Shown in pieces: positions 17,515 through 28,171 of a stretch of 64,000 bases of DNA. The notes beneath the pieces were generated by a model. It did no database searches. It was not told where the DNA came from and worked only from the letters and a program-made list of their open reading frames with translations. The stretch is from Thermoanaerobaculia bacterium (GTDB taxonomy: Bacteria; Acidobacteriota; Thermoanaerobaculia; UBA5066), in NCBI GenBank assembly GCA_963816185.1, contig CAWFJJ010000024.1:288001-352000 (forward strand), in the 5' to 3' direction. The stretch's first letter is position 1. Every line of letters begins with the position of its first letter. Made by a program: the position numbers and the translations under genes.

Positions 17515-20500
17515 GAGCCTCCGCCGCGCTCGTTCTCGCGTCGTCCCCTCGCCGCGACTGCCGCGCCGCCCGCCGTGGACTCCGGTGCGATCTCGGGCCT
17601 CGGCGCCCGCAACATCGGCTCGGCCGCGATGAGCGGCCGCATCGCCGCGGTGACGGGCCGCGTCGAAAACGACGGCAAGGTCACGCTCTTCGTCGGCTCC
17701 GCCTCGGGCGGCGTCTGGAAGTCGCTGGACGGCGGGACGACGTTCAAGCCGGTCTTCGACAAGCAGCCCGTTCAGTCCATCGGCGCGATCGCGCTCGATC
17801 CCTCCGACCCGAAGGTCGTCTGGGTCGGGACCGGCGAGACCTGGACGCGCAACTCCGTCTCGGTCGGAGACGGGATCTGGCGCTCCGGCGACGGCGGCGA
17901 GACCTGGACGCACATGGGTCTCCCGGAGTCCGAGCGCATCAACCGGATCCTCGTGAACCCGAGGAAGAGCGACGTCGTTTACGCGTGCGTGCCCGGTAAG
18001 CTCTGGTCGGACTCGCCGGACCGGGGCCTCTACAAGACGACGGACGGCGGGAAGAGCTGGGCGCTCGTCCTCAAGGGCGGCGAACCTCTCGACGGGCTGC
18101 TCCGGTCTCGCGATGGACCCGCGCAACCCGGATCGCCTCTTCGCGGGACTCTGGGACTTCCGAAGGAAGGGCTGGACGTTCCGGTCCGGGAGCGACGGGC
18201 CGACGGGACCCTCCGGGTCGGGCCTCTTCCTGACGGAAGACGGCGGCTCGACGTGGAAGAAGCTGGACGCGAAGTCGGCGCCCGGCCTGCCCGAAGGGCC
18301 GTGGGGTCGGCTCGACGTCGCGATCGCACCGTCTTCGCCCGACCGGGTCTACGCCGTGATCGAGAGCGTGAAGTCGGCGCTCTACCGCTCCGACGACGGG
18401 GGGAAGACGTGGGCGCGGAAAGACGACAGCCAGCGGATGGTCTGGAGGCCGTTCTACTTCTCGCGCCTCGTCGTCGACCCGACGAACCCCGATCGCATCT
18501 ACAAGCCGAACCTGACGCTCATCGCGTCCGAGGACGGCGGCGCGAGCTTCGGCGACGTGGGCGGCGGCACTCACGGGGACCACCACGACGTCTGGGTCAA
18601 CCCGAAGAACCCGAAGAACGTCGTGACGGGCGACGACGGCGGTCTGTGGATCTCGTACGACGGCGGAAACCGGTGGTGGAAGTGCAACAACCTGCCGGTC
18701 TCGCAGTTCTACCACGTGTCCGTCGACGACAAGGACCCGTACCAGGTGTACGGCGGCCTGCAGGACAACAGCTCGTGGGCCGGCGACTCGGCGTACCCGG
18801 GCGGCATCACGAACAGCCGCTGGGAGAACCTCTACAACAGCGACGGCTTCTGGGTCTTCGTGGACCCTCTCGACCCGAACTTCGTGTACGCGGAAGGCCA
18901 GGGCGGCTACATCGGCCGGATCGACCGGCGAACGCTCGCCGCGCGCGACATCCAGCCGAAGGCGGGTTTCCAGGAGAAGCTGCGCTGGAACTGGAACACG
19001 CCGATTCACGTCTCGCGCCTCGAGAAGGGCAAGCTCTACATCGGCTCGCAGTTCCTCTTCGTGACGAAGGACGGCGGGCAGTCATGGCAGCGGATCTCGC
19101 CCGACCTCACGACGAACGACCCCGAGAAGCAGAAACAGGAGCAGTCGGGAGGCATCACGGTCGACAACTCGGCCGCCGAGATGAACACGACGATCTACTC
19201 GATCTGCGAGAGCCCGCGCGACGGCAAGACGATCTGGGTCGGCACCGACGACGGCAACCTCCAGCTCACGCGCGACGGCGGAAAGGCATGGACGAACCTC
19301 GTGAAGAACGTCCCGGGCCTCCCGCCGGCGAGCTGGGTCTCCTGGGTCGAGGCCGGCCCGCACGCGGACGGCGACGCATACGCCGCGTTCGACCGCCACA
19401 CGTTCGGCGACATGACGCCGTGGGTCTACGCGACGCACGACTTCGGCAGGACCTGGGAGCGGATCGTCGGCCCGGCGTCGGGCGTCCGCGGCTGGGCATG
19501 GGTGATCAAGGAAGACCCCGTCCGGCCGGGCCTCCTCTACCTCGGGACGGAGTTCGGGCTCTTCATCTCGCTCGACGCCGGGAAGACGTGGGCGGAGTTC
19601 AAGGGCGGCAACTTCCCGTCCGTCGCCGTGCGGGACCTCGCCTTCGCCGCGCACGACAAGGACCTCGTCGTCGCGACGCACGGGCGCGGGATCTGGATCC
19701 TCGACGACCTCACGCCGCTGCGTGCGCTCACGCCGGAGATCGTCGGCAAGGACGTCGCGTTCCTGCCGTCGCGGCCCGTGATCCAGAAGCCGCGCGGCTC
19801 GGGCGGCTGGCCCGAGGGAGACGCCTCGTACGCGGGCCCGAACCCGCCGTCGGGCGCCGTCATTACGTATTACCAGAAGACGCGCCACACGTTCGGGCGC
19901 ATGAAGCTCGAGATCCTCGACGCCTCGGGCCGCGTCGTCGACACGCCGCCGGCGGGGAAGCGCAAGGGCATCAACCGCGTCGTGTGGTCGATGCAGGAGA
20001 AGCCGCCCCGCGTCCCGACGGCCGCGGCGGCCGCCGGCGCGTCGACCGGGCCGCGCGTCCTGCCCGGCACGTACACCGTGCGCCTCACGAAGGGCAAGGA
20101 CGTCGTCGAGACGCCGCTCGTCGTCGCGCTCGACCCGCGCGCGCCGTTCACGCTCGCGGACCGCAAGGCCCAGTACGACGAGGCGATGAAGGCGCACGCG
20201 CTCTTCGGGCGCATGAGCGACGTCGTGGACCGCCTGAACGGCTACCGGGCGCTCGCTGTCCGCGCGCGCGAAGGGGCTGCCGGCGGGCGACGCCGTCCGG
20301 AAGGACCTCGACGCGTTCGCGGCGAAGGCGGAGGCGATCCGCAAGGACGTCGTCGCCACGTCCGAGGGCGGCGCGATCACGGGCGAGGAGCGGCTGCGCG
20401 AGCACCTCGCCTACGTCTACGACGCGATCCTCTCGTACGAGGGCCGGCCCGGCGACTACCAGGTCGAGCGCGTGGCAGTCCTCGAGCGCGAGCTGAAGGA

Positions 20501-20703
20501 CGTCGAGGCGCGCGCGGCGGCGCTCGGCGAAGGCGGATCTCCCGGCGCTCAACGAGAAGCTGCGGGCGCGGAAGCTCGCGCCGATCGCCGAGGCGGCGGC
20601 GCGAAGCGAGGGCGAGCGGATCGCGGCGGCGCGGACGATCGAGGAGGCGTGGGCCGGCGCGCGCGAAGGCGCGGCCGCGACGCGAAGGGCCGAACGCGAC
20701 TGA
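17511..20703 (+). pseudogene. VPS10/BNR-repeat glycosyl hydrolase-like protein, broken by about 4 single-base frameshifts
   Basis: SGRIAAV, repeated S/TxDGGxTW Asp-boxes, GGLQDN, ATHGRGIWILDD; frame changes near 17545, 18080, 20270 and 20525; ATGA overlap with the upstream gene. Confidence 0.8.
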
Positions 20704-20716
20704 CCGGCACGGGACT

Positions 20717-21311
20717 CTAGCGCTTGCCCACGGCGAGCCAAGGCATGCCGCGGTAGGAATCCGCCACCACCCAAGCGCCGGCCGTCAGCGCCCAAGAGAC
20801 GACGAACTCCGTCCATTGGGAGGCGTCGGGGCCTGCCGCCACGATGGGGATCCACACAAGCAGCGTGAACAGTCCCAGCTCCAGCGCCGAGAGCGTAGCG
20901 GCCAGCCGTGGATACACACCGATGAGCACGCCTACGCCCGCCGCGATGAAAGCGAAGCCGGTGAAGTACGCCCAGGCCAGATGCCCTGGCAGCCAGCCAG
21001 GCACCATCCCAACGGTCCTTTCGAGATAGGTGAAGTGGGCTACGCCGAAGGGGGTAGATGAGCAGAAGGCGGGAAGCGACGACGGCTGTGCGCTGCCAGA
21101 GTAGGCCTGTGCCGGATACCAGAGAGACGAAGACGCAGAGATAGGCTAGTGCCTCGCGAGCGGGAAAACCCTTGGGCACCCCCGTCCATATCGGGGTGAA
21201 ATCGCCTTTGATCAGGCCCGAGATTCCGAGTGCGATCATGGTCGCTGCAAAGACCGCATGGCCCAAGCTTGCGATGCCGATCGCCCTTGCTCCGGCGCTA
21301 TTCCTGCTCAT
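20717..21311 (-). pseudogene. DoxX-like membrane protein, frameshifted and probably internally deleted
   Basis: N-part (..ASRLLLIY) and C-part ([26 protein letters not shown]) are in different frames, joined at a C5 run near 21050. Confidence 0.65.
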
Positions 21312-21455
21312 TCGATTCTCTTGGCCGGATCTTCGCGCAGGTTCCTATCTGCAGCCAGGGGCGGGTGGGCAGATCTGGGCGCGATCGCTTCCGAGGTAGA
21401 CTTGGCGTGCTCGGCGGCTCGCACGCGCGGGGGCCGGTCCCTCTAACGCTACTCA

Positions 21456-22820
21456 ATGAAAAGCTCTTCTTCTCCCTTGCTCCCGTCCGTGGGCATCGTT
21501 TCGCTCGGCTGCCCGAAGAACCTCGTCGACACCGAGGTCATGCTGGGCCATCTCCAGCGCGAAGGCTTGACGCTGACGGATCCGGAGAAGGCGCGTGTCG
21601 TCATCGTGAACACGTGCGGCTTCATCGACTCGGCCAAGGAGGAGTCCGTCGGGGCGATCCTCCGCGAGGTGCGCCGGAAGGAGGCGGGGGAGATCGACCG
21701 GGTCGTCGTGGCGGGCTGCATGGTGCAGAAGTACGGGAAAGAGCTCGCCGCGGAAATTCCCGAAGTGGACCACTTCATCGGTCTCGACGAGCTGGAGAAA
21801 GCGCCCGCTGCCGCGCTGGGCCTGCCGTCGCTGCCGCGCTTCGCCGACAAGCCGCTCGCCACGCGTCTCTACGACGAGCTCTCGCCGCGCGTCCTGACCC
21901 ACCGCAGGGGCTACGCATACCTGAAAGTGGCCGAGGGCTGCAACAACCCCTGCACGTTCTGCACGATTCCCCAGATGCGCGGCTTCATGCGCTCGCGGAC
22001 CGTCGCGTCGCTCGTGAAGGAGGCTCAGGGACTCGAGGCGCAGGGTGTCAAGGAGCTGGTACTCATCTCACAGGACACGACGCGCTACGGCGAGGACCTC
22101 GGCCTCGGCCGAATGGGCCTCGCGCAGCTCGTCAAGGCGCTCCTCGCCGAGACGGGCTTCCCCTGGGTGCGGTTTCTGTATGCGTACCCGAAGACGCTGC
22201 ACGACAGCGTCGTGGACGTCATGGCCGAGAACCCTCGATTCCTGCCCTACGTCGACATGCCGCTCCAGCACGTGTCGCGGAGGATCCTCGCAGCCATGAA
22301 ACGCGGAGGCGATGCCGCGAGCTATCTCCGACGATTCGAAGAAATCCGAAGAATCGTGCCCGAGATCGCCCTGCGCTCGACGTTCATCGTCGGCTTTCCC
22401 GGGGAGGAAGAGAGGGATTTCTTAGAAGTGGAAGAGTTTCTCGAGGCCGTGCGCTTCGACAACGTGGGCGTCTTCACGTACTCCCCGGAGCCCGGCTCGG
22501 GTGCGGGGCCTCTCGGGGACCCCATTCCATTCGAAGAAAAATCTTCGCGACGCGATCGTCTGATGGAAGTCCAGCAGAAGATCTCCCTTTCCAAGAACCG
22601 CGCGAAGCGCGGCAAGTCTTTCGATGCCCTGCTCGAAGGCCCCAGCGAGGAGACCGAAATGCTTCTCGAAGCCCGGATCCCCGGGCAGGCCCCCGAAATC
22701 GACGGCCGAGTCCTCGTCAACGAGGTGCCCGAGGGATGGGCTCCGCGCATCGGGGAGATCGTGCGGGTGACGATCACCGAAGCACACCCCTACGACCTCG
22801 TGGGCAGGATCGTCGCTTAA
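21456..22820 (+). CDS. rimO: Ribosomal protein S12 methylthiotransferase
   Basis: SLGCPKNLVD, NTCGFI, radical-SAM CNNPCTFC, APEIDG, TRAM domain. Confidence 0.95.
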   Translation: MKSSSSPLLPSVGIVSLGCPKNLVDTEVMLGHLQREGLTLTDPEKARVVIVNTCGFIDSAKEESVGAILREVRRKEAGEIDRVVVAGCMVQKYGKELAAEIPEVDHFIGLDELEKAPAAALGLPSLPRFADKPLATRLYDELSPRVLTHRRGYAYLKVAEGCNNPCTFCTIPQMRGFMRSRTVASLVKEAQGLEAQGVKELVLISQDTTRYGEDLGLGRMGLAQLVKALLAETGFPWVRFLYAYPKTLHDSVVDVMAENPRFLPYVDMPLQHVSRRILAAMKRGGDAASYLRRFEEIRRIVPEIALRSTFIVGFPGEEERDFLEVEEFLEAVRFDNVGVFTYSPEPGSGAGPLGDPIPFEEKSSRRDRLMEVQQKISLSKNRAKRGKSFDALLEGPSEETEMLLEARIPGQAPEIDGRVLVNEVPEGWAPRIGEIVRVTITEAHPYDLVGRIVA

Positions 22821-22832
22821 GATCTCCCGCCG

Positions 22833-23777
22833 TTGCAGGTCATCAAGGATCCTTTCCGTCCCGTCGACCTCCCTCGCGGAGGCGTCGTGACCGTCGGAAA
22901 CTTCGACGGTGTGCATCTCGGCCACCAGTTGATGCTCCGGGAGGTCGCAAGACGCGCGGGCGACCTCGGCGCGCCCGCCGTGGTCGTGACGTTCGAGCCG
23001 CACCCGATCAAGGTCCTCCACCCCGAGCGCGCGCCCCGGATGATCCAGACCCTGAGGCAGCGCGAGGAGGCGATCGAGGCCTGCGGGATCGACGCGCTCA
23101 TCCTCGTGCCGTTCACCCGGGACTTCTCGCTCACGCCGGCGGAGGATTTCATCCGGGAGCTTCTCGTGAAACGCCTCGCCGCGCGCGAGGTCCTCGTCGG
23201 GGAGCACTTCATGTTCGGGCGGGAGCGGGGCGGAAACATGGGGGTCCTCCGGCGAATCGGCGACGCCTCGGGCTTCAAGGTGACGCCCGTCGCCGACGTC
23301 AAGGACGATGCGGCAACGATCTCGTCCTCCCGCATCCGAAACGCGCTCGCCGCGGGAGACGTCGCCTCGGCGAGCGCGCTGCTCGGGCGCGCGTACGCGA
23401 TGGACGGCCTGATCGCCAAGGGCGATCGCATGGGTCGCAAGATCGGGTTTCCGACGATGAACCTGAAGAGTGACAACGAGCTGTACCCGAAGGACGGGGT
23501 TTATTTCACGTCCGTGAGGATCGCGTCGTTCGAAAGGACCTTCCCGTGCGTGACGAACATCGGACGCCGGCCCACCGTCTACGAGGACTACGCGACCACG
23601 ATCGAGTCGTACATCCTCGACTTCTCGTCGGACGTCTACGGCGAGCGCGTGCGCCTGTCCTTCTTCGACCGCGTCCGTGACGAGCGGACGTTTCCGTCCA
23701 TGCTGGACCTGACGGCGCAGATCAAACGGGACGTGGAGGCGACGCGCCTCTACTTCCTGAAGCACCCCCTGCCGTGA
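22833..23777 (+). CDS. ribF: Bifunctional riboflavin kinase/FAD synthetase
   Basis: GNFDGVHLGH, TFEPHP, ISSSRIR, GRKIGFPTMN, NIGRRPT. Confidence 0.95.
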   Translation: MQVIKDPFRPVDLPRGGVVTVGNFDGVHLGHQLMLREVARRAGDLGAPAVVVTFEPHPIKVLHPERAPRMIQTLRQREEAIEACGIDALILVPFTRDFSLTPAEDFIRELLVKRLAAREVLVGEHFMFGRERGGNMGVLRRIGDASGFKVTPVADVKDDAATISSSRIRNALAAGDVASASALLGRAYAMDGLIAKGDRMGRKIGFPTMNLKSDNELYPKDGVYFTSVRIASFERTFPCVTNIGRRPTVYEDYATTIESYILDFSSDVYGERVRLSFFDRVRDERTFPSMLDLTAQIKRDVEATRLYFLKHPLP

Positions 23778-24676
23778 GCGCCGAGACCGCGGTCAGGGCC
23801 GTCGCCGCCGTTCTCGCCCTCCTTCTCTCGGGCCGGGTTTCGAATCGAGCCGCGGCGCTCGCCCTGGGCGTCCTCGCAGCATTCGCGGTCTTCGGAGCGA
23901 GGATCGCGGTCCTGCCCGGCTCCGCGTGGGCCGCGCTGGTGACCGCGTGTCTCGTCGCGCTCCTCGCGCTCGGGGCCGCCCGCTCGTGGTCGGCGATAAC
24001 CGGGGACGGCCTCACGGCCGGCGCGCTGATCGCGGGAGGCGCCGCCTGCGCCGCCGTGTTCGCGGGGCGGCACCTGCCGGGTTGGCAGGCGGCCGCGCTC
24101 GTGTCCATCGTCGTGGCCGCCGTGTCGGCGTTCGCGGCGGAGGCCACGCGCGCGAGCGCGGAGGCCGGCTGGAGGGAAGGCGTCGCCTGGGCGAGCGCCG
24201 GTCTCGCGCCTCCGGTACTCGCCGCGGCGTTCGCGGGGCTCTTCGCCGGGATTCCGCGCCGCCTCGAGCCCCTCGTCGTGGCCGCGGCGCTCGCCACGGG
24301 CGTCCTCGTCTGGATCCCGGCGCTCCTCGCCGAGCGCGCGCGCGTCTCGCGTGAGCTCGCCGAGGAGGTGACGCTCGGCCTGCTTTCCGTGGAGGATGCG
24401 GTCGCGTTACGGCTCCCGTGGACGCGCGGGTTCGAGAAGCGCTTCGGTCGCCCGGACGAGCGTCGCGAATACGTCAGGAGCGCGCTCCTTCTCGCCGTCG
24501 CACGCCACCAGCAGAGGCACCGCTCGGGTGAGGCCGAGCGCCTGAGACAGCTCGAGGTGCTCACGTTCCGAACGCGGCTCCGAAGGACCCAGGACGCGCG
24601 GGCCGCGCGATTTCGCGTGCGCGAATCCGGCGAGTTCGGGGAGGCGCGGTCTCCCGATCCTCCGGGCGGCCCTTAG
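23774..24676 (+). CDS. Multi-pass membrane hypothetical protein
   Basis: Several hydrophobic helices, charged C-terminal tail; GTGA overlap with ribF. Confidence 0.65.
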   Translation: MSAETAVRAVAAVLALLLSGRVSNRAAALALGVLAAFAVFGARIAVLPGSAWAALVTACLVALLALGAARSWSAITGDGLTAGALIAGGAACAAVFAGRHLPGWQAAALVSIVVAAVSAFAAEATRASAEAGWREGVAWASAGLAPPVLAAAFAGLFAGIPRRLEPLVVAAALATGVLVWIPALLAERARVSRELAEEVTLGLLSVEDAVALRLPWTRGFEKRFGRPDERREYVRSALLLAVARHQQRHRSGEAERLRQLEVLTFRTRLRRTQDARAARFRVRESGEFGEARSPDPPGGP

Positions 24677-24715
24677 TCGACGAAAGCGCCCGAGGAACGG
24701 ATACTTTGCGCTTCG

Positions 24716-26746
24716 TCAAGGGGCTCCGGGCACGTCCGCCTGGAGGAATGCGCCATCCCCGGTCCGCTGCCCGGGCGCGCCGCCGTCGTTCACCACCGCG
24801 TAGCAGAGGAACGGGCTCGAACCCGATGTCCTCGTGACCAGGGCGTACGCGTTCTGGAGGTCGTAGCCCGTGAGGACGGCGTTGAGCTGGACGAAGCCCC
24901 CCGGCGGTACGGTCAGCGTGTTCGGCGGGGCGATCGTCAGCCCCGTCGTCCCGTCGAAGAAATCGATCCGGAACGTGTCGGTGCCGCCGACGAGGCCCGT
25001 GTTCACGACCGCCAGATTCGTCCGGTTGTCGGGGTTCTGCTGCAGGCCGTAGATCCACGCCCGCTCGGTCGCTCGGGAGGCCGAAGGGATACCTTCCGAA
25101 AAGAGGCCGAAGCGGCCGCCGCCGCCCGCGATCGACGTCCGGGCGCCCATGGTGACGCCCCGAAGATCCCCCGTCGTGTCGACGGCGACGAGCGGCCCCG
25201 CGAAGACCGGGCCTGGCGCGTCCGTGACCGCGCCCCGATCCCGGAGGACCTGCACGAAGCCCGGCAGGATCTGCTGTTCGCCGCTCTCCAGCTTGATCAG
25301 CAGGCTCGCGGAACCGCCCCTGAGAGCGGAGGAGAAGTACGTGAGCTGCACGCCATGCTGGGAGGCCGAGAAGTTCGTGAGGACGAGCTCCGTGGAGAAA
25401 GAGCCCGTCTCGACGAGAGCGGGGAGGGTGAGGCTGGCGACCGGCGCTTCCGGTGCGACGGGAACCGGAGCGATGAAAGAGCCGTCCGAGGTCGCCTGGT
25501 CGTTGATGACCCCGTACGCATAGAAAGGCGCCGTTCCGGCGATCCGCTCCACCATCACATAGCCGTTCGTGAGATCGAGCTGGTCCGTCGCGAGGACTCC
25601 GGAGATCTGGCTGAAACCGCCCGGAGGGAGGGCGATCGCCGGCAGAACCCGGGACACGCTGCTTCCCTTCTCTCCCGAGAAGACCGTCAGGCGTAGCGTG
25701 ATGGTGCCGTCGGAGGGGCCCCCGGCGTTCAGGACGGCCACGTTCGAGCGGTCCGTGTCCGTTTGCCTCAAGCCGGCGATCATGACGGGAGACGAGAGAA
25801 GACGGCTCGATAGGAGTCCGGGGTAGGAGAGGCCGGCGCGGCCGCCGGCGACGGCGCTCGTCGTCCGCACGGTCGCCGTTCCGGCGTCCGGGGACGAGAG
25901 GCCGGTGAACGTGATCCTCAGCGTCCCGCCGCGGTTGCCGGAGGCGCCGACCGGAATCCCGAGGCCCTTCAGAAACTCGATGACGTCCGGCACGATCTTC
26001 TGTCGCCCCGCCTGGAGCGAGTCCGGGGCCGTTCCGCTCGAGCCGCCGAACGCGGCGGTGTAGGCGTACGTGATGGAGGCGTCCGTCGCGCCCCGGTTCG
26101 TGAGCGTCAGCTCGGACGTGAAGAACGAACCGTTGAGTCCTGAGGACGAGAGGACGATCGGCACCGTGACGCCGGGCGAAGGATTGCCCACGGTGAGATC
26201 CAGGCGGGAGAGGGACACGTCGACACGCCCGTCGAACGTGCAGCCGCTGCAGCCGGGTCCCACCGAGATGACGAGGTTCCGGTACGTGTAGCTCTCGAGG
26301 GAAGCACCGGAAGGCGTACTCGAAAGAACTGTCTGGCCGGTGCCCGTCGCCGGGACCCCGAGAGCGATCGCCTGGTGCAAGATCTGTGACGCGTCGTTGA
26401 CGTCCGTGACAAGAGATCCCGATTTCGCCACGAGAGCGCCGAACCCCGCTTCGGAATGCGCGGCGACGTTGAAGAGATTCGGCAGGCTCGTGTTCGGACC
26501 GCCCGAGTCGCGCAGCGCGACGAGAAGCGGCGCGATCGAGGAGTGAGCCGCGGCCAGGTCGTTGAGAACCTCGGTTGGCAGAATCGCGCTTGCGGCTACG
26601 TACGAAGCCGCGGCCGGGCTCGAGCCGGAGGGCAGCGTCATCGTGCCGTACGTGACCGTGACGCCGACGGGCACCGTGACGGCCCAGGCGGCCGAGGGGA
26701 TCGCGATCGCGAGTGTGAATACTGGAGCGGCAAGACGAAGTGACAT
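24716..26746 (-). CDS. Secreted protein with repeated beta-sandwich modules
   Basis: AGGAG RBS, signal peptide, repeats FFTSELTLTN / RSNVAVLN / FSTELVLTN / RTNLAVVN. Confidence 0.75.
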   Translation of the reverse strand: MSLRLAAPVFTLAIAIPSAAWAVTVPVGVTVTYGTMTLPSGSSPAAASYVAASAILPTEVLNDLAAAHSSIAPLLVALRDSGGPNTSLPNLFNVAAHSEAGFGALVAKSGSLVTDVNDASQILHQAIALGVPATGTGQTVLSSTPSGASLESYTYRNLVISVGPGCSGCTFDGRVDVSLSRLDLTVGNPSPGVTVPIVLSSSGLNGSFFTSELTLTNRGATDASITYAYTAAFGGSSGTAPDSLQAGRQKIVPDVIEFLKGLGIPVGASGNRGGTLRITFTGLSSPDAGTATVRTTSAVAGGRAGLSYPGLLSSRLLSSPVMIAGLRQTDTDRSNVAVLNAGGPSDGTITLRLTVFSGEKGSSVSRVLPAIALPPGGFSQISGVLATDQLDLTNGYVMVERIAGTAPFYAYGVINDQATSDGSFIAPVPVAPEAPVASLTLPALVETGSFSTELVLTNFSASQHGVQLTYFSSALRGGSASLLIKLESGEQQILPGFVQVLRDRGAVTDAPGPVFAGPLVAVDTTGDLRGVTMGARTSIAGGGGRFGLFSEGIPSASRATERAWIYGLQQNPDNRTNLAVVNTGLVGGTDTFRIDFFDGTTGLTIAPPNTLTVPPGGFVQLNAVLTGYDLQNAYALVTRTSGSSPFLCYAVVNDGGAPGQRTGDGAFLQADVPGAP

Positions 26747-26806
26747 GGGGTGACTCCTACCGTTGCGGAGTGCCTCGGGGCCTCCGATTCCCACGCCTTT
26801 CCTTCC

Positions 26807-28171
26807 TCATGCGCGAGGGCCGTCGGCGTCCCAGAGCGTCGTGTCGGCGAACGATTCGAGGACGGGCCGAATGAGCTTCGCGTCCCCGACCGCGGCGAGA
26901 ATGCCGGTCGAGGGATCGAAGAAGTCCGCCGCGACCTGGCAGGCCTCCTGGCGCGTCACGTCTCGCACGCGGTCCCGCCACGTGATCCATTCGTCGTCGG
27001 GCAGAGAGTGAAGAAGGCGCGCGATCTCGTCCTGCACGACGCCGCCGGGCGTTTCGCGCGGAATCGGGAAGCTGCCGAGAAGGTATTTCCGCGCGCGCTC
27101 GTGCTCCTCCTCGTCGGGCCCCTCGTCGGCGAAAGCGCGAATCAGGTCGAAGAGGCCCGTGAACGCCTCGCGCGTCACCTCGGTCCGGCAGTCGATCGAA
27201 GCGCCGAACTGTCCCCCCGCGACGCGCGCGGCCAGCGACGAGTACGCGCCGTACGTCAGGCTGCGCTCTTCGCGCAGGACGTGGAAGAGACGCGAGGAGG
27301 CGCCGCCCCCGAGCGCCTGGTTCGCGACGAGGGCCGCCGGAAAGCGCGGGCTCCGGCGTTGGAGCGCGGCCCGCGCGTAGAGGAGGTTCGTCTGCACGGA
27401 GCCCGGCCGGTGCACGAGATGGATCGAGAAGCCGTCGACGTGCGGCGGCGGCGGAACGGAGGGGGCCGGAACACCGGTTCCGGCGGGAAGACCCTCGAAG
27501 GCACGGGCACCCGCCCGGAGCAGGGCGTCGGGATCCGCCGCGCCCGCGAGGATGAGCGTGGCCCCCTCGAGCGAAAAGCGGCTCGCCGCGAAGTCGGCGA
27601 CGCTGTCTCGGGTGAGCGCCTCGAGACCTTTTTCCGTCGAGGTGAGGCGCCCGTACGGGTGACCGGGGTAGAGCCGGTCGAGGAGGCGCTCGCGCGCGAG
27701 GAAGTCGGGCTCGGAGCGCTGCTCGGCGAGCACGTCGATCTGGCGTCTGCGGTTCTTCTCGAACTCGTCCTCGGGGAACGCCGACTCCGTCAGGATCTCG
27801 GCGAGAAGGGCGAGGCCCGCGTCGAGATCCTTCTCGAGAATGGAGAGGCGCGCGACCGACGAATCGCTGCCCGCGGAGACCTCGACGTTCGCCGCGAGGT
27901 CGTCGATCGCCTCGGCGAGGGCGCGCGCGTCGCGCCTGCGCGTCCCGCCGAGAAACGTCTCGCCGGCGATCTCGGCCATGCCTTCGCGTCCCTCAGGATC
28001 GGCGGCGCTGCCCGCGCCCGGGAAGAGCACCGACACCGCCACCGTGGGGCGTCGGCCCCAGCGCGCGGCGCGCAGCGCGAGAGAGTTCGCGAGACGCGCG
28101 CCCGTGAAGGAAGGCAGGAGGAAGGGCAGCGGAGGCAAGGGCGGCGGGGGCAGGCGTCGCGAGGCCGTCAC
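26807..28171 (-). CDS. M16 peptidase, non-catalytic subunit
   Basis: GAGSAADP..GMAEI without HxxEH; LGGGASSRLF..REERSLTYG. Confidence 0.85.
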   Translation of the reverse strand: MTASRRLPPPPLPPLPFLLPSFTGARLANSLALRAARWGRRPTVAVSVLFPGAGSAADPEGREGMAEIAGETFLGGTRRRDARALAEAIDDLAANVEVSAGSDSSVARLSILEKDLDAGLALLAEILTESAFPEDEFEKNRRRQIDVLAEQRSEPDFLARERLLDRLYPGHPYGRLTSTEKGLEALTRDSVADFAASRFSLEGATLILAGAADPDALLRAGARAFEGLPAGTGVPAPSVPPPPHVDGFSIHLVHRPGSVQTNLLYARAALQRRSPRFPAALVANQALGGGASSRLFHVLREERSLTYGAYSSLAARVAGGQFGASIDCRTEVTREAFTGLFDLIRAFADEGPDEEEHERARKYLLGSFPIPRETPGGVVQDEIARLLHSLPDDEWITWRDRVRDVTRQEACQVAADFFDPSTGILAAVGDAKLIRPVLESFADTTLWDADGPRA

